A stretch of DNA of 64,000 bases from Octopus vulgaris. Its lineage: Eukaryota. The notes under the pieces are model-generated. The model was given only the letters and a program-made list of their open reading frames with translations. It made no database searches and was not told the DNA's origin. Below, in pieces: positions 1 to 11,933 of this stretch; positions within the stretch are counted from its first letter, which is position 1; every line of letters begins with the position of its first letter. The stretch is taken from assembly GCA_951406725.2 (NCBI GenBank), contig OX597817.1, positions 57,102,001 to 57,166,000 on the forward strand, given 5' to 3'. The position numbers and the translations under genes are program-made.

Positions 1-192
1 AGAAACCATACCAAGGCATGCACAGGAGCTTGAGATAGTCCTGCAGCTCACGGGATCCTCTGTAATCACCTAACCCATGCCAACATGGAAAAAATTGACG
101 TTAAATGATGATGGTAGATTAACTTCCTTATAACATTGTTATAAACCTATTTAATTCAAACACTGTAATTAACCAATTTAATTAGAACTTAC

Positions 193-356
193 TTGTAATA
201 TTTTTCAATATTTTTGCTAGTCACCAATTTTGGTCCAATTCCATGAATTTTAACAGCCTCTTCACGCTCTGGGTAATAGGCATATAGTGACCGAAATGCA
301 CAACCTGTGTCCCGGAATAATATCACAAAATGCTTTGCATCGGATTTCGCAATTTC
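193..356 (-). CDS. Patronin: CAMSAP/patronin exon, CKK domain (EIAKSDAKHFVILFRDTGCAFRSLYAYYPE...EKYYK)
   Basis: Acceptor ctgcag, donor gtaagt, 164 nt, phase 0->2; CKK signature HFxILFRD. Confidence 0.95.
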
Positions 357-849
357 CTGCAGTAGAAAACACACACATATATTAGTTTATTCCTGATAAA
401 TTACTTAATCAGTCCTGTTGGTTGTACAAAAATACTAATTGATCTGACAGAACCCAAAACCAAACCATTTGTAAAATTATTTGAAGTCAAAGAGGGTTTC
501 TATAAGAAGAGGGAAGGATCGTTACCTAGCAGGGAGAAACATCTACAGGAATTGCCAGCAAATAGTCAAAAATGATCATTTAAGGATATGAAGACAAAAT
601 AAGCAGATTCAACCATCAGAGATGGTTGCTGGCACACAGAATATTTGACAACGAGATAAGGCAGAACAGAGGTCATCCCGTATGACTGCCATAGTAGTAT
701 AATGATAATAATAATAATCAACTGGTACAAGGACAAAGGGAAACTCTAGAAAGATGCAGTTATAGAGGAGAGGATGATGAAATATTAGTTTGTGGTTCCT
801 AATCTGTGGTCCGCAAAGGTAGTGTTGGAGGGTCCTTGAACTAAATTTG

Positions 850-888
<39 letters not shown>

Positions 889-939
889 AGAGTAAACATA
901 CTACTATCATGTTCTTAAGAATGAAATCAACCTCTCTGT

Positions 940-1236
940 CTGTACATCTACCCTCTTTATAATGTTGGAAAATGAAATAAGGGTAAGAATGTGCATTGTC
1001 CGTTTAATTGGAAAATTCTGTAAGTGGCTGAAGATTGCTTGACATTTTAAAACTGATGTAATACTTACAGTGTTTAATAAAATGAAGTAGCATGAAACAA
1101 TTGTACTACTCTACCTCGGATATACTTGTTGCTTATTTTGATTATAATCACCCCATTTGATTTATATGGATAACAACATACCAAATTCTGGTGCCTTTAA
1201 CTTAAGTACCATATTCATCTGAATCTAAATGTTGCT
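940..1236 (+). mobile_element. Short repeat (family HH-B) carrying a hammerhead core, probable non-autonomous Penelope-like derivative
   Basis: Second copy at 3619-3962; ends in (TA)n. Confidence 0.7.
1023..1110 (+). ncRNA. Type I hammerhead ribozyme-like motif with palindromic stem III
   Basis: agtgg-CTGAAGA-long stem II (tgct/agca, catttta/taaaatg, tgtaa/ttaca)-GAA-ACAATTGT-A-ctact; predicted cut after 1105. Confidence 0.7.
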
Positions 1237-1329
1237 ATATATATATATATAAATATATATATAAGCATATTAAAAGTGGGTCCGTGGGAAAACTCATTTA
1301 AACACGAAGTCCTTAGTAATGAAAAGACT

Positions 1330-2087
1330 GGGAAATTGTCAAGAAGGCTGAGGGTGTCTTGGCTCACTCACCAAATCCTTTGTGAGCCGCTCTCCGGCTA
1401 TCTATCTGCGGCTTTATATAGCTATGGTAAGACCTCACCTGGAATTTGCATCACCGGTCTGGAACCCCTATCTTGCCCAGGATATCAATCGTCTGGAAGC
1501 TGTTCAGCGACGTGCAACCAAAAGTATACCCTCCATCAGGCATTTGCCATATCCTGAACGCCTTACTTCCCTGGGCATGGACACATTGAAACTCCGACGT
1601 CTGGCAGCTGACTTGGCAGACACCCATAAAATTATCAACCATCGTACAAACAATAACTCTGAGCACCTTTTCAAACTCCACCCATCTAACACCTGTGGAC
1701 ATATTTACAAAGTAAGAAAACAGCACAGATCCCATGACTTCAGGAAACATTTTTTCAAGCTGAGAGTTGCTGAAGCATGGAACAAACTGCCGGCATCAGT
1801 TGTTAGTTGTCGGAGCACTGCATCCTTCAAAACTTCCATGCTTCCTGAGATTCGCCAACACTACACTTGATTTTCTCCCCTCCATACACACACAAGCATG
1901 TATCTGTGTCATACATTGTTCGCTTTCCAGACATTTCTACATTACTGCATGTACTTTATATGCACTTTATATGTACCAGTTGATTATTATTATTATCATT
2001 ATACTACTATGGCAGTCATACGGGATGACCACAAGTTGTGGTGCACCTGAGCACTGTATACAATAATTTCATTATTATTATTATTAT
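1330..2087 (+). mobile_element. 5'-truncated CR1-clade LINE (ORF2 C-terminus, 3' UTR, (ATT)n tail)
   Basis: ORF 1382-1870 LYIAMVRPHLEFASPVWNPY...LEAVQRRATK...LRRLAADL...FFKLRVAEAWNKLP. Confidence 0.92.
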
Positions 2088-2245
2088 ACTGTACTAGTTA
2101 ATATTTTCCCTTTTGCCTCTAAGTATGGGAGACAACCCTAGATATATTTCTGCCTTCGTCGGACAGTTATAGCTTCCCCTTAGCTTACCAAAGACGTAAT
2201 CAAGGGTGGAATAGTAAAAAACAAAAAAAAAATGGTATGACTCAC

Positions 2246-2364
2246 CTCTAAGACTTTATTTTTCAGATCTAAGTTCACACATCCTGCTAAACAACAATGA
2301 CTAATGGCGTTGATTATAATGTGACGGTTTGACTTGGAGCTTGGTTTCACAAAGAGTTTGGGAC
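2246..2364 (-). CDS. Patronin: CAMSAP/patronin exon, CKK start (GPKLFVKPSSKSNRHIIINAISHCCLAGCVNLDLKNKVLE)
   Basis: Acceptor ttttccag, donor gtgagt, 119 nt, phase 1->0; hallmark CKK N-terminus. Confidence 0.95.
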
Positions 2365-2514
2365 CTGGAAAAGAGTCAAGAGGCACACGCGTGTGGATAA
2401 GCAGAACAACAATATCGTTTGGGCATTTGAACGGAAAGAAAAGAAGAGGTCCAGTTTTGTAGGAGACACACTGTACTAAACACACACACCACACACATAA
2501 GGAGTAAGGGAGTA

Positions 2515-2949
2515 AAGAACCCCTTCAGTCATGACTGACCATGGGATTGCACCTAGAAAGTTCTCCAAAGCACAAGTCCGGGCAAGGTTGTTTATGGAAG
2601 ACCAGTTGCCCGTGCATACCTGCCTCCTCTCTTCATGCCACTGATGTTATCCAAGAGAAAGGCAAAGAAGCCAATACAGCTTGGCACCAATGACGTCACA
2701 ACCCATTTCTACAGCTGAGTGAACTGGAGCAACGTGAAATAAAGTGTCTTGCTCAAGAACACAACACACAGCCCGGTCTGGGATTTGAACTCACAAACTC
2801 ATGATAGTGAGCCCAATGCTCTAACCACTGAGCCACACACACACACACATACAAATAAAGTGTCTTGCTCATGAACACAACACACAGCCCAGTCCAAGAA
2901 TCGAACTCACTACCTTGTGATTGTGAGCCTGATGCTCTAACCAATAAGC

Positions 2950-2950
<1 letters not shown>
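2515..2950 (-). mobile_element. tRNA-derived SINE plus a second SINE head in tandem
   Basis: A box gtggctcagtggtt and B box gagttcaaatccc on the minus strand at ~2835-2780; second head ~2950-2855. Confidence 0.75.
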
Positions 2951-2981
<31 letters not shown>

Positions 2982-3046
2982 CACACATACGCACATATAT
3001 ACACATGCACATATATATACACACACAGACAGAACTGACACAATAC

Positions 3047-3130
3047 CTGTATAGTCCGAACCAGCAGTTGAACCTGCATCACTGCTACTCTCAGTACTCT
3101 TACCACTCTTCCTACCAAATCGGTACAAGT
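3047..3130 (-). CDS. Patronin: CAMSAP/patronin exon (DLYRFGRKSGKSTESSSDAGSTAGSDYT)
   Basis: Acceptor tttttcag, donor gtattg, 84 nt, phase 1->1; joins to give the conserved (E/D)YTGPKL preceding CKK. Confidence 0.9.
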
Positions 3131-3618
3131 CTGAAAAACGGTAACAAAAATGCCAACATTAGCAGACAGACAAAACTGAGACAACAACAACAATTAAAAA
3201 TAAATCAAAGACACTCTAATAAACAGTTAATTAACAACTGGACAGCAGAAAATATCAGGTGAAATAATATGTATGGTTGCTGCCATGCTAAATTAGTTTT
3301 AGAATTTGGTAGCAAGGAACTCTGTCATGACTCAGCTGTGGCACTGTGATGCCGAGATTAGAGCACAGCACTTGCAGGGCAAACCAACAGCACCACAGAG
3401 TGCCCCAAAAGCAAAACGGATGCAAAGTGAGAAGCAGAGATGTCCAGCAGATTCTCTCTTTTGATGTTTATAGTAAACAGTGGACCAAGAATACTGATGT
3501 CCACATTCACCACACAAACCAGCTTTTCTACTCACAATGTGAACACTGCCAGAGTCTACACTCATTATTATATACCCTCACCACTATATGTATGTGTGTG
3601 TGTGTATATATATAGTTC

Positions 3619-3962
3619 AGCAAAATTTAGATTCAGATGAATATGGTACTTAAGTTAAAGGCACCAGAATTTTGTATGGTATTATCCATATAAATCAAAT
3701 GGGCTGATTATAATCAAAAGAAGCAACAAGGAAATCCAAGGTAGTGCAGTACAATATCTATATATCTACCTTCTTTGTAATGTTGGCAAATGGAATAAGT
3801 ATAAAAATGTACATTGTCTATTTAATTAAAAAACTCTATATGTGGCTGAAGATTGCTCTACATTTTAAAACTGATGTAATACTTACATTGTTTAATAAAA
3901 TGAAGTAGCATGAAACGATTATACTGCACTACCTTGGATATCCTTGTTGCTTATTTTGATTA
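3619..3962. mobile_element. Family HH-B copy with inverted 3' segment (3619-3755) joined to direct segment (3760-3962), hammerhead core at 3841-3928
   Basis: 3619-3755 is the reverse complement of ~1100-1236; 3760-3962 matches ~945-1145; flanked by (TA)n on both sides. Confidence 0.75.
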
Positions 3963-5461
3963 TATATATACTGCCAGCGTCTATACTTACCAAATAAATG
4001 CTGACAGTTTTTGCATTCACCCCATAAACACTTCTAGTCTGTACTCATCATATAAACATTGTGAACCAAGAACTCTCAGCTAAGATTTCTTAATTTAGTT
4101 TCAAGACATGATAGCAATGTGCCTTGAGTCAAAGAACAGAACAAGACATCTTGAAGAAAGAAAAAAAATTAGATTTTTTTCTGCTATTGAAGGTGGGGGA
4201 TATCAGAGAAAGAGAGAGTATAAAAGCATGTTGTGATGATAATAATAATAATATCAAAAATATAAGAAGATTACCATTGTCATCTAGTGAGCGATATATT
4301 GACATCTTATGTGTCTTCAACTGGTTCAAAAAATAATTTTGTCAATCTACTTCATTTTGGTTAATATATAAATAATTGAGTTAACTCCTCCAGTTGATAA
4401 TGGCACTCTTCTTTTAATTTTGACTCTATATCTTTGGGAGGAGTTATCTCAATCCTTTAAATAATAACAATAATAATAATACTGAAATAGAAAAAGGATA
4501 GTTCCTCACAAAACTTTCAAAGGAAATTCTTATAAGAAGCAGTAAAAATTCCCAGCTCTGAGGACTAGCTGAAATTATTGAGGTTTCTTGTGGTTCCACT
4601 CTGCTGGTTGCCAAAATGACAACTAAGTAGTGGGATGGGAAGTTATTAGTTAGAGACTACTGGCATATCCTAGAGATTTGTCTCTCTCATCACCTCTTAA
4701 CTACAAAAACTAAACCACATCTAATATGACTATGTATGAGCAAATGTAGGAGCCTCTAAATTGTCAATCAACCTGCTAGAAATAACAGCTACACCACCCA
4801 CAAATCATACTCTAGTGTGTAAAAAAAAACCCAAAGAACACATAGATTAATGTAGTCCTAAATACACAATGCCTGAATTATCTTTGAAATAACTCGGCCA
4901 AATCAGTGCTGATTTACAGGCTAAAACAACAACATCAGAAATCCTGGAGGTACAGGAGTTTACCAACTTCCAGACAAGATCCAGTGCTACAAGACAGGTA
5001 AGCAGTCACAGAAGATAGAGATTCCAGTAAAAGGAACCATGGGCTACAAAGATGCAAGAGATTGCTTCATTAGAACACTGCAGCCAGAGGTTCTCCTGGC
5101 CACCATGAACCGAGATGGCACAGTCTACGGTGACTAGTAAAGATATTGTGGTTCAATTGTAGAGAGAAAACATGAATGATAGAGGAGGAGGAGGAGATGG
5201 TTCAAGGAAATGATACAAGAAGACGTGGTTATTTAATTTTAGGTTGAGGGCATGAATGAACATATGGATATGGCTGTCGGATTTTAGGTTGAGGGTAGCA
5301 GAAGATGCAAAAGTCTTATCCCAATCCAGAAGAAGAAATGATGTTATTCTATTATGATCCATTACAATGAGAGATGAACTTAAAGAGCATGAGGTTGGCT
5401 TCAGGTCAGTCCTGATGAGCAACCTTATAAACAAAGACATCCCAGATATGACCATCTGGCC

Positions 5462-5691
5462 CAGTGATTCTCAACCAGGGTCTATAATAGAATTTTGTTG
5501 TTAAAATTCATCTGAAAATGGCTTACACTTCTACATAAAACATTTTAACAGATTTTAAAAAAATTAAATTCTTAATATTTCATTCTGATGATATAATATG
5601 ATTTTATCAAAACAATGGTTGTGGGGGTCCAGCAGAGTAAAATAGGAATAAAAAGGAACCATATGGGAAGAAAAATGATTGAAAACCACTG
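5462..5691. mobile_element. hAT/Charlie-type MITE
   Basis: TIRs cagtgattctcaa / ttgaaaaccactg with 8-bp TSD atctggcc / atctggac. Confidence 0.75.
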
Positions 5692-5707
5692 ATCTGGACC
5701 TTTCAGA

Positions 5708-5930
5708 TAGGGTTGGCCAAAAGTCACCGGACAGTAAATCAAAAATCCCATAAATACTTAATATTGAATTTTATTTATTCATTCTAATTATGAATCTTTG
5801 TTAATTGAATGCTGCAAGTTAAAAATCACCATTTTATTTTTTTCAACATTTGTCTATAAAATAATTTTTTGTTTTAATCTAAGAATTAAATGGTTTTGAT
5901 TTACTGTCAGGTGACTTTTGGCCAACCCTG
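5708..5930. mobile_element. Tc1/mariner-type MITE
   Basis: TIRs agggttggccaaaagtcacc.gacagtaaatcaaaa / ttttgatttactgtc.ggtgacttttggccaaccct. Confidence 0.8.
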
Positions 5931-6391
5931 TCTACCTGGGACTGCATTCTCCTTTTCATACATTGTTTTGATGCGATTTAAAGGAATTTAGTTGCATCAT
6001 TAGTTAAAAGTAAACATTGCAAACAGATGAGAGAGAGAGAGAGGCAGAGAGAGAAAGAGGGAGAGATACCAGAGAGATTACTGAAGTGGAATGTTACCAT
6101 GCAGTCAATCATCAACTGACATTCATTACATAACGAAGAACAGGTGAGAGGAGAGTAATGAAGATGACCATGCAATATATAGAATTTACAGATCCAATGT
6201 AGGCAGGATCGACAAAGAAAGGTATTCTATCTAGTGAGAGATAAATATTAATTTAATAACAGGTGAGCTAGTTTCATGCTTTAGAGATACATCAAATTAG
6301 CAGGTACACACAACATTCTTGGAGATACCTGGCATGCTATATATACCTGCCAATTTAATTTACCTTAAAACACGAAACTATAAAGTAGCTC

Positions 6392-6449
<58 letters not shown>

Positions 6450-6663
6450 TGCTGTATATATCAGAATATAGGATAACTGGGGAGATATATAAGATGTATT
6501 ATTAAATTACTTAACTAGCCATCAACCATTAGTTGAGGTAACAACTTATGGAAAACTTGGGGTCACATTTTATAGCAGGTGTATCAGACAGCAGCCTATT
6601 TTGGTGAAAGAGGTTCTTTGCTTTGTCTGAAGGTTAAAAGGTCTTCTTATATGCCAGCATATA

Positions 6664-6701
<38 letters not shown>

Positions 6702-8412
6702 TGTGCGGAAAGAGGGCGGAGGGAGCAGCACCGATATCTATAAATATGTAGTCACACAGACAATCACAATGAAATTTTGGAACCCTTAACAACTAAATTC
6801 TTGCGTCCCTAACATTTTTAACCTGGACAAGAGAGCATTTTAAGTAGAGACACAATTTAAAGTGAGATATAATTAAAAAAAGAAAAAAAAAAGGAAGTAA
6901 TAATTTTCATTTGAATGCATAAGAGACAAACACAGACGAAAACCGAAAACTATACTCTGAAAAAAGGTGTTTAGATTTCAATTTCCTCTTCACCAAACCT
7001 TCACCGATATTCAATGCTCAGCTACAGTCTATAATGAGTCCCCGTTATCCCAGAGCTGTTTCTAAATTCTAAGTATTTCAAGGAATCCAGGCAGCTATTT
7101 TGGTAAAACTTTACAAAAATACAATAAACTTCGTAATGAGAAAACAAAAACAAAAAAAAAATTAAATATCTTCTTCCTTTTTCTTAAATTTCAAATTCCA
7201 ACTTGTATTCCTGCCAAGATTTGTCTAGACATGATTATCTCCCTTACAACAACTAGTTACCAGAGCACATCAGCATTTGGGGCGAATGTTTAAAAACCTT
7301 TAATTTTTATACTAAATTTTATGAACGTTCGATACTAGGTTTGCATCTGCTCTTCAAAATTTGTGAAATAACTAAGTTTGAGGGATTTTCTTAGCAAAAA
7401 ATTAAGAATCTTGCAAGGTTTCCTAAAACCTTATCAATTTATTTGGGCGTTATGAAGAGCATTAACTGTTAGAAACTCATAAAATCTTCAAAATATATAT
7501 TTTTTTTAATATTTGAAGACCTAATGGGTTTCAAAAATTGTTGTTAGCATCAGAGTGGCAGGTATATGAACAAAGCTAGTCCAGCTGTGACCATCCTGTT
7601 GTCTCCGTATATAAAACTAACCCAAGACAGAAATTATCTTTAGATGATAAGTGGAGAAGACACCAACAGACCAAGCTAATTACTCATTAGCAATACAACA
7701 ACTTGATCAATTATCAGCTCCAGTTCTGAAATTATCACTAAACTAGCAGAACAGCCTTTCAAATAAAGCTGTAGTTAATTTGTGATTTAATCAATAACTG
7801 GTCCTGAAAATTCCATACTTATATTCAGATTAAAAGGTACATCATTAATTAGTAGTAATGAGGAGAAGATAATATTGTTTTTAAGACTGTTGCTTATGAG
7901 AAGTCTCTATATTTTAAGGGTTGTAGAAACATGCCCAGGCCTATGTAAACATGTGCAGAGTTATGGTGAAACTTGAAGAGAAGGGGCCCCTAGCTAGAAA
8001 CATGCACAGATGTAACATGCAATCCAATAACATTTTAGTTGCTGATGTAGTGTTGTCAATGATTGATGTAGAGGACTTAATGTTGAACACATGCTCAACA
8101 CCCACCACCCTTGCCATCCCTACATTCGGGTTTTCATTTCTCTTGGGTTCTAGGACTCCTAAAACTGGTCACACAGTTTCTATGACATACGAGTGATCAA
8201 GATCACAACAATCTCCTCTAAAGTAAGCATTTCAGAGGGAAGAGAGGGGCGGGGACAAGTCAAATGCATGACCCCCTGCACCTGACTGGCATTTTATTTT
8301 TTTAAATCCTAGTAGGAATTGAACTCGGAACATAAAGAGCTGCAAGAGATGCAACAATACATTTTTTCCAACATGCTAACGATTCTGCCAGTGCACCAAC
8401 TTCTTCCCTAAA

Positions 8413-8678
8413 TGGAATTGTAATTTCGTTTTTGGATTTGGTTTGCAAGATTCTTTATATGAGTTCGTGTGTTGAAGCATATTCTGTTGTGTCTGGGGAG
8501 AGTCATTTTCTTTTTGTGCCTTATAAGAGAGTCAAGACTATTGAAAAGGTTGCAAGACACAACGAAAATTTTAGGACAATAAAAATAAGAAAAAAGTAGA
8601 AATTTTACCGGTGAGTGTGTTAAATTATAAGGCACAAAAAGAAAATGACTCTCCCCAGACACAACAGGAACTGTAATT
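8413..8678. repeat. Insertion with internal perfect 43-bp inverted repeat (8484-8526 / 8625-8667)
   Basis: ctgttgtgtctggggagagtcattttctttttgtgccttataa and its exact reverse complement; flanking ggaattgtaatt / ggaactgtaatt. Confidence 0.8.
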
Positions 8679-9319
8679 ATTTCTCAACGACTCCATTGTC
8701 AACGTAAACATGGCATTTGTAATGTATTCTCAATACTGATTTTTACTCAAGATTTTACAGTAAAAACATTCTTCTTAAATCTGAAATACTTTCAATGTCA
8801 ACCAAAAGTCAAGCATCAACCCTAAGTCAAACGTCTTGACTGGGTTAAGTGAGTTGTAGAACAAGACGTACAGACAGACACTGCTGTGAATAAACACTAG
8901 AGGTGTCAGCAGTTAATGTTATCAAACTGCAATATGAAATTTCAAGACAATTCATAGAACTATATAACCGTATACAGAATGGAAGAAGGGATTCCTGATA
9001 AATGGTCAACTCTGATCAATTACAGAATCACATTAACACAAACATCAGAGCTCCCAATCAACAATTCTTTCAAAGTAAAGACTAAAAATGTGGTGAAAAG
9101 TGTATAAAAAGAATACTACAAAACTAAAAGTGATGTAAAGTGTCTAGATCCCATCAGCAGCACCACCACCATCTACAGCAACTCTAGCTTTGTCACTACA
9201 CCCACCACCACCGTTTCTATCATGCCAAGAGTCAGTCCCCAACTAGTATCTACAGAGATGTTTGTACGTCGGAAGCAGTAAAACTGCCACATGCAGTCGG
9301 ATGAACAAAGAATATTTAC

Positions 9320-9391
9320 CTGGGGATGGTGGCCGTCTGCCAGTTCCGTAACGACCAGAGTGATTTTGTTGTGTGAATAGGCTCATCATCA
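9320..9391 (-). CDS. Patronin: CAMSAP/patronin 72-nt exon B (VMMSLFTQQNHSGRYGTGRRPPSP), paralogue of 10622-10693
   Basis: Pyrimidine tract ttcttcctcttcctctag, donor gtaaat, phase 1->1, open frame, same length and GRRPPSP ending as exon A. Confidence 0.8.
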
Positions 9392-10017
9392 CTAGAGGAA
9401 GAGGAAGAACAATCAAAACAGCCCCTCCTAGAACTCCATCTTCAGGCTAGGTCACTTTAACGACAGCCTGGGTCAGGGAGTTAGTTTGTCTCAAGACTTA
9501 CAATGATATTTGGAAGGTTTACTTCATGCAAATGATTATTGTTTCATTAGGTGACACGGGAAGAGGGAGAAAAATAATTTATTTAATATTATCCAGTAAC
9601 AAGTAGGTGACAGAATGGACAATTTTTGAATTTAGACAAAAATTTATTCTATCTGAAACTCACTAAAGTTTAAAATATAAACTTAAAACGTTTTGAAAAA
9701 AGACTAACCAAGTTCTTAAATTTATTGGATGAGTGAGGTTTAATTTCTTTACTTACACATTATATATAATTAATAAATGTTTAATTAATATCTGTAATTT
9801 ATTTTTATATACTTCATAACAATATATAACCCCTACTCTCCCTGCTGTCAAGGTTGATTCTAACATCCAAGCGTTTGTTAATTTACCATTTCAGTGTTGG
9901 TGCAAATGATCTGTAGAACTAAACCATGATTCTTCAATCCAAATTAATTTTCAAAATAAAAATAAATCACGACTACAATTTTCAAGTGACAGACCATTTG
10001 GGAATTTACAGTCAATA

Positions 10018-10297
10018 CCCATGACTTTCAGAAACATTTTTTTCATTTTCACGCTCAGAATTGCTGAAGCATGGAATAAACTACCCACATCAGTTGTTGG
10101 CTGTTGGGATGCTATGTCCTTCAAAACTTCCTGAAATTCGCCAACAGTACACCTGATGTCCCCCAACCTTTATTTTTTTTTTTTTGTTAGCAATTCATTT
10201 ACTGTCCATGCACTTTTGGCTACTTTGTTCTGATGGGTTGTGGTGCACCTGAGCGCACTGTAAACATTAAGTTCAATGTTGTTATTATTATTATTAT
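10018..10297 (+). mobile_element. CR1 LINE 3' fragment
   Basis: Similar to 1732-2087 (catgactttcagaaacatttttt...gctgaagcatggaa...tggtgcacctgagc...(att)n). Confidence 0.85.
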
Positions 10298-10621
10298 ATA
10301 AAGTTGTAGAAGGAAGACAAAACTAGAGAAACCTTGTTTATAATGAGAAAGAATTTAATGACTCGTCCAGTATTCATTTCAGCACAATTTTACTAATCAA
10401 ATTCAGCTCTGAACTGAGCTGAACTGGACTGGACTGGACTGGACTGGTTTCAACCGGTCTGGACTAAATGCTAATTCCATTCAAGTAAAGAATTTCAAAT
10501 TTAAAAAAGAAAAAGAAAAAAAATCAGTTCACATGAACTATTAAGATAAAGTTTATCCAACGCAAGAAGCAGGTGAAAAATGATAGGAGCTAATTAGATT
10601 AATTCTGAAGTAGTAGTATAC

Positions 10622-10693
10622 CTGGAGATGGGGGTCTTCTGCCAAAGTTAGTGCGCCCCGAGTTGCCTTGATTTGCCAGTAAGTTCATTGACA
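10622..10693 (-). CDS. Patronin: CAMSAP/patronin 72-nt exon A (VSMNLLANQGNSGRTNFGRRPPSP)
   Basis: Acceptor ttcttttctttgtag, donor gtatac, phase 1->1, open frame. Confidence 0.8.
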
Positions 10694-11178
10694 CTACAAA
10701 GAAAAGAAGAAAAGAAAAATTAATTATACCGAAGATTGATTAGTTTCAAAAGTAACATTTTTATTGGAAATTCAATATATACATTTATGTAAATTAATTT
10801 ATTTAATTAGAATCAGTGTGATTTTAACTATTGCACTAATTTCCTAAGTACATTAAGAAGAATAAAATTAAACATTTCAAATAACGACAACTGGCTACAA
10901 AAATATAAAGTCCCAAGGTTTATAAAATAATTTTAATGTTTAATAAGGTTTACAGAGAATTTATAAAACAATTAAGATATAAATAACAGCAATAAAGAGA
11001 CATCTTTCATATTCATAGGCTTCAAGTGGTGACAGTAAGATTCAGTATTTTTAGAACTATACAAAATCCCACATTAAAAACAAGCAAGACCAATGCTTTG
11101 GCAATTAGGCATGCAGACGCAATTAAATTTCAAGTAATCTTTGAAAATTATCCTGAGAAACTTTAAGACATGACTACT

Positions 11179-11933
11179 TTAACACATTAACCACCACACG
11201 TCTCCAATGGGAGTTCACTGCAAACTTCCCACAACCTTCGTATGCACCGCCAGTGGTACATCATCATCATTTAACATCCATTTTCCGTGCTAGCATGGGT
11301 TGGACGGTTCAACTGGGATCTGGGAAGCCAGGAGGCTGCACCAGGCTCCAGTCTGATCTGGCTGTGTTTCTACAGCTGGATGCCCTTCCTAACACCAACC
11401 ACTCAGTGAGTGTAGTGGGTGCTTTTTACATGCCACCAGCACAGGTGCCAGGCGAGGCTGGCAATGGCTGCGATCGGTTGGTGCTTTTTACATGCCACCG
11501 GCACAGAAGCCAGTCAAGGGGGCGCTGGTAACGGCCACGTCCGGATGGTGCTTTTCACATGCCACTGGCACAGGGATCACAACTACAATTTCCATTTGAT
11601 ATTTATTTTGATGTTGATGCACTTGACTCAATAGGTCTCCTCAAGCACAGCAGGTCACGCGCCACCACAGAAGCCAGTCAAGGCGGCGCTGGCATCAGCC
11701 ACATTCAGATGGTCAGAATTTTTGAGAAAATATTTTTATTCTGTATCTTTGACATGTATTCCAGGATATTTAAACTAACATGAATGCTAAATACCAAAGT
11801 TTAATTATGAAATATCGTAAAAATGCAAAAAAAAAAAAAAAAATCCCATTTCCTTGTAATTGAACATTTTCACTGGAAATATGTGGTGTCACCAGTAAGG
11901 TCCAGTAACAGGCTGCAGTGATTAATGTGTTAA
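11179..11933. mobile_element. TTAA-flanked piggyBac-like MITE hosting an RTE-tailed repeat (~11260-11715, minus strand)
   Basis: ttaacacattaaccac ... gtgattaatgtgttaa; internal catcatcat-ttaacatcc...ctacagctggatgccc. Confidence 0.65.

Noticed and set aside
945-1020. WKMK...HCPFNWKIL resembling the end of a PLE GIY-YIG endonuclease upstream of the HH-B hammerhead
   Set aside because: Needs a frameshift and is too short to support without a profile search
4940-5455. Purine-rich stretches here and at ~27700-28760 resembling decayed LINE ORF2
   Set aside because: Too degenerate to assign by eye
7940-8158. Open phase-1 frame (GVLEPKRNENP...) as alternative terminal exon
   Set aside because: Poor acceptor, no CAMSAP-like features; compatible with chance
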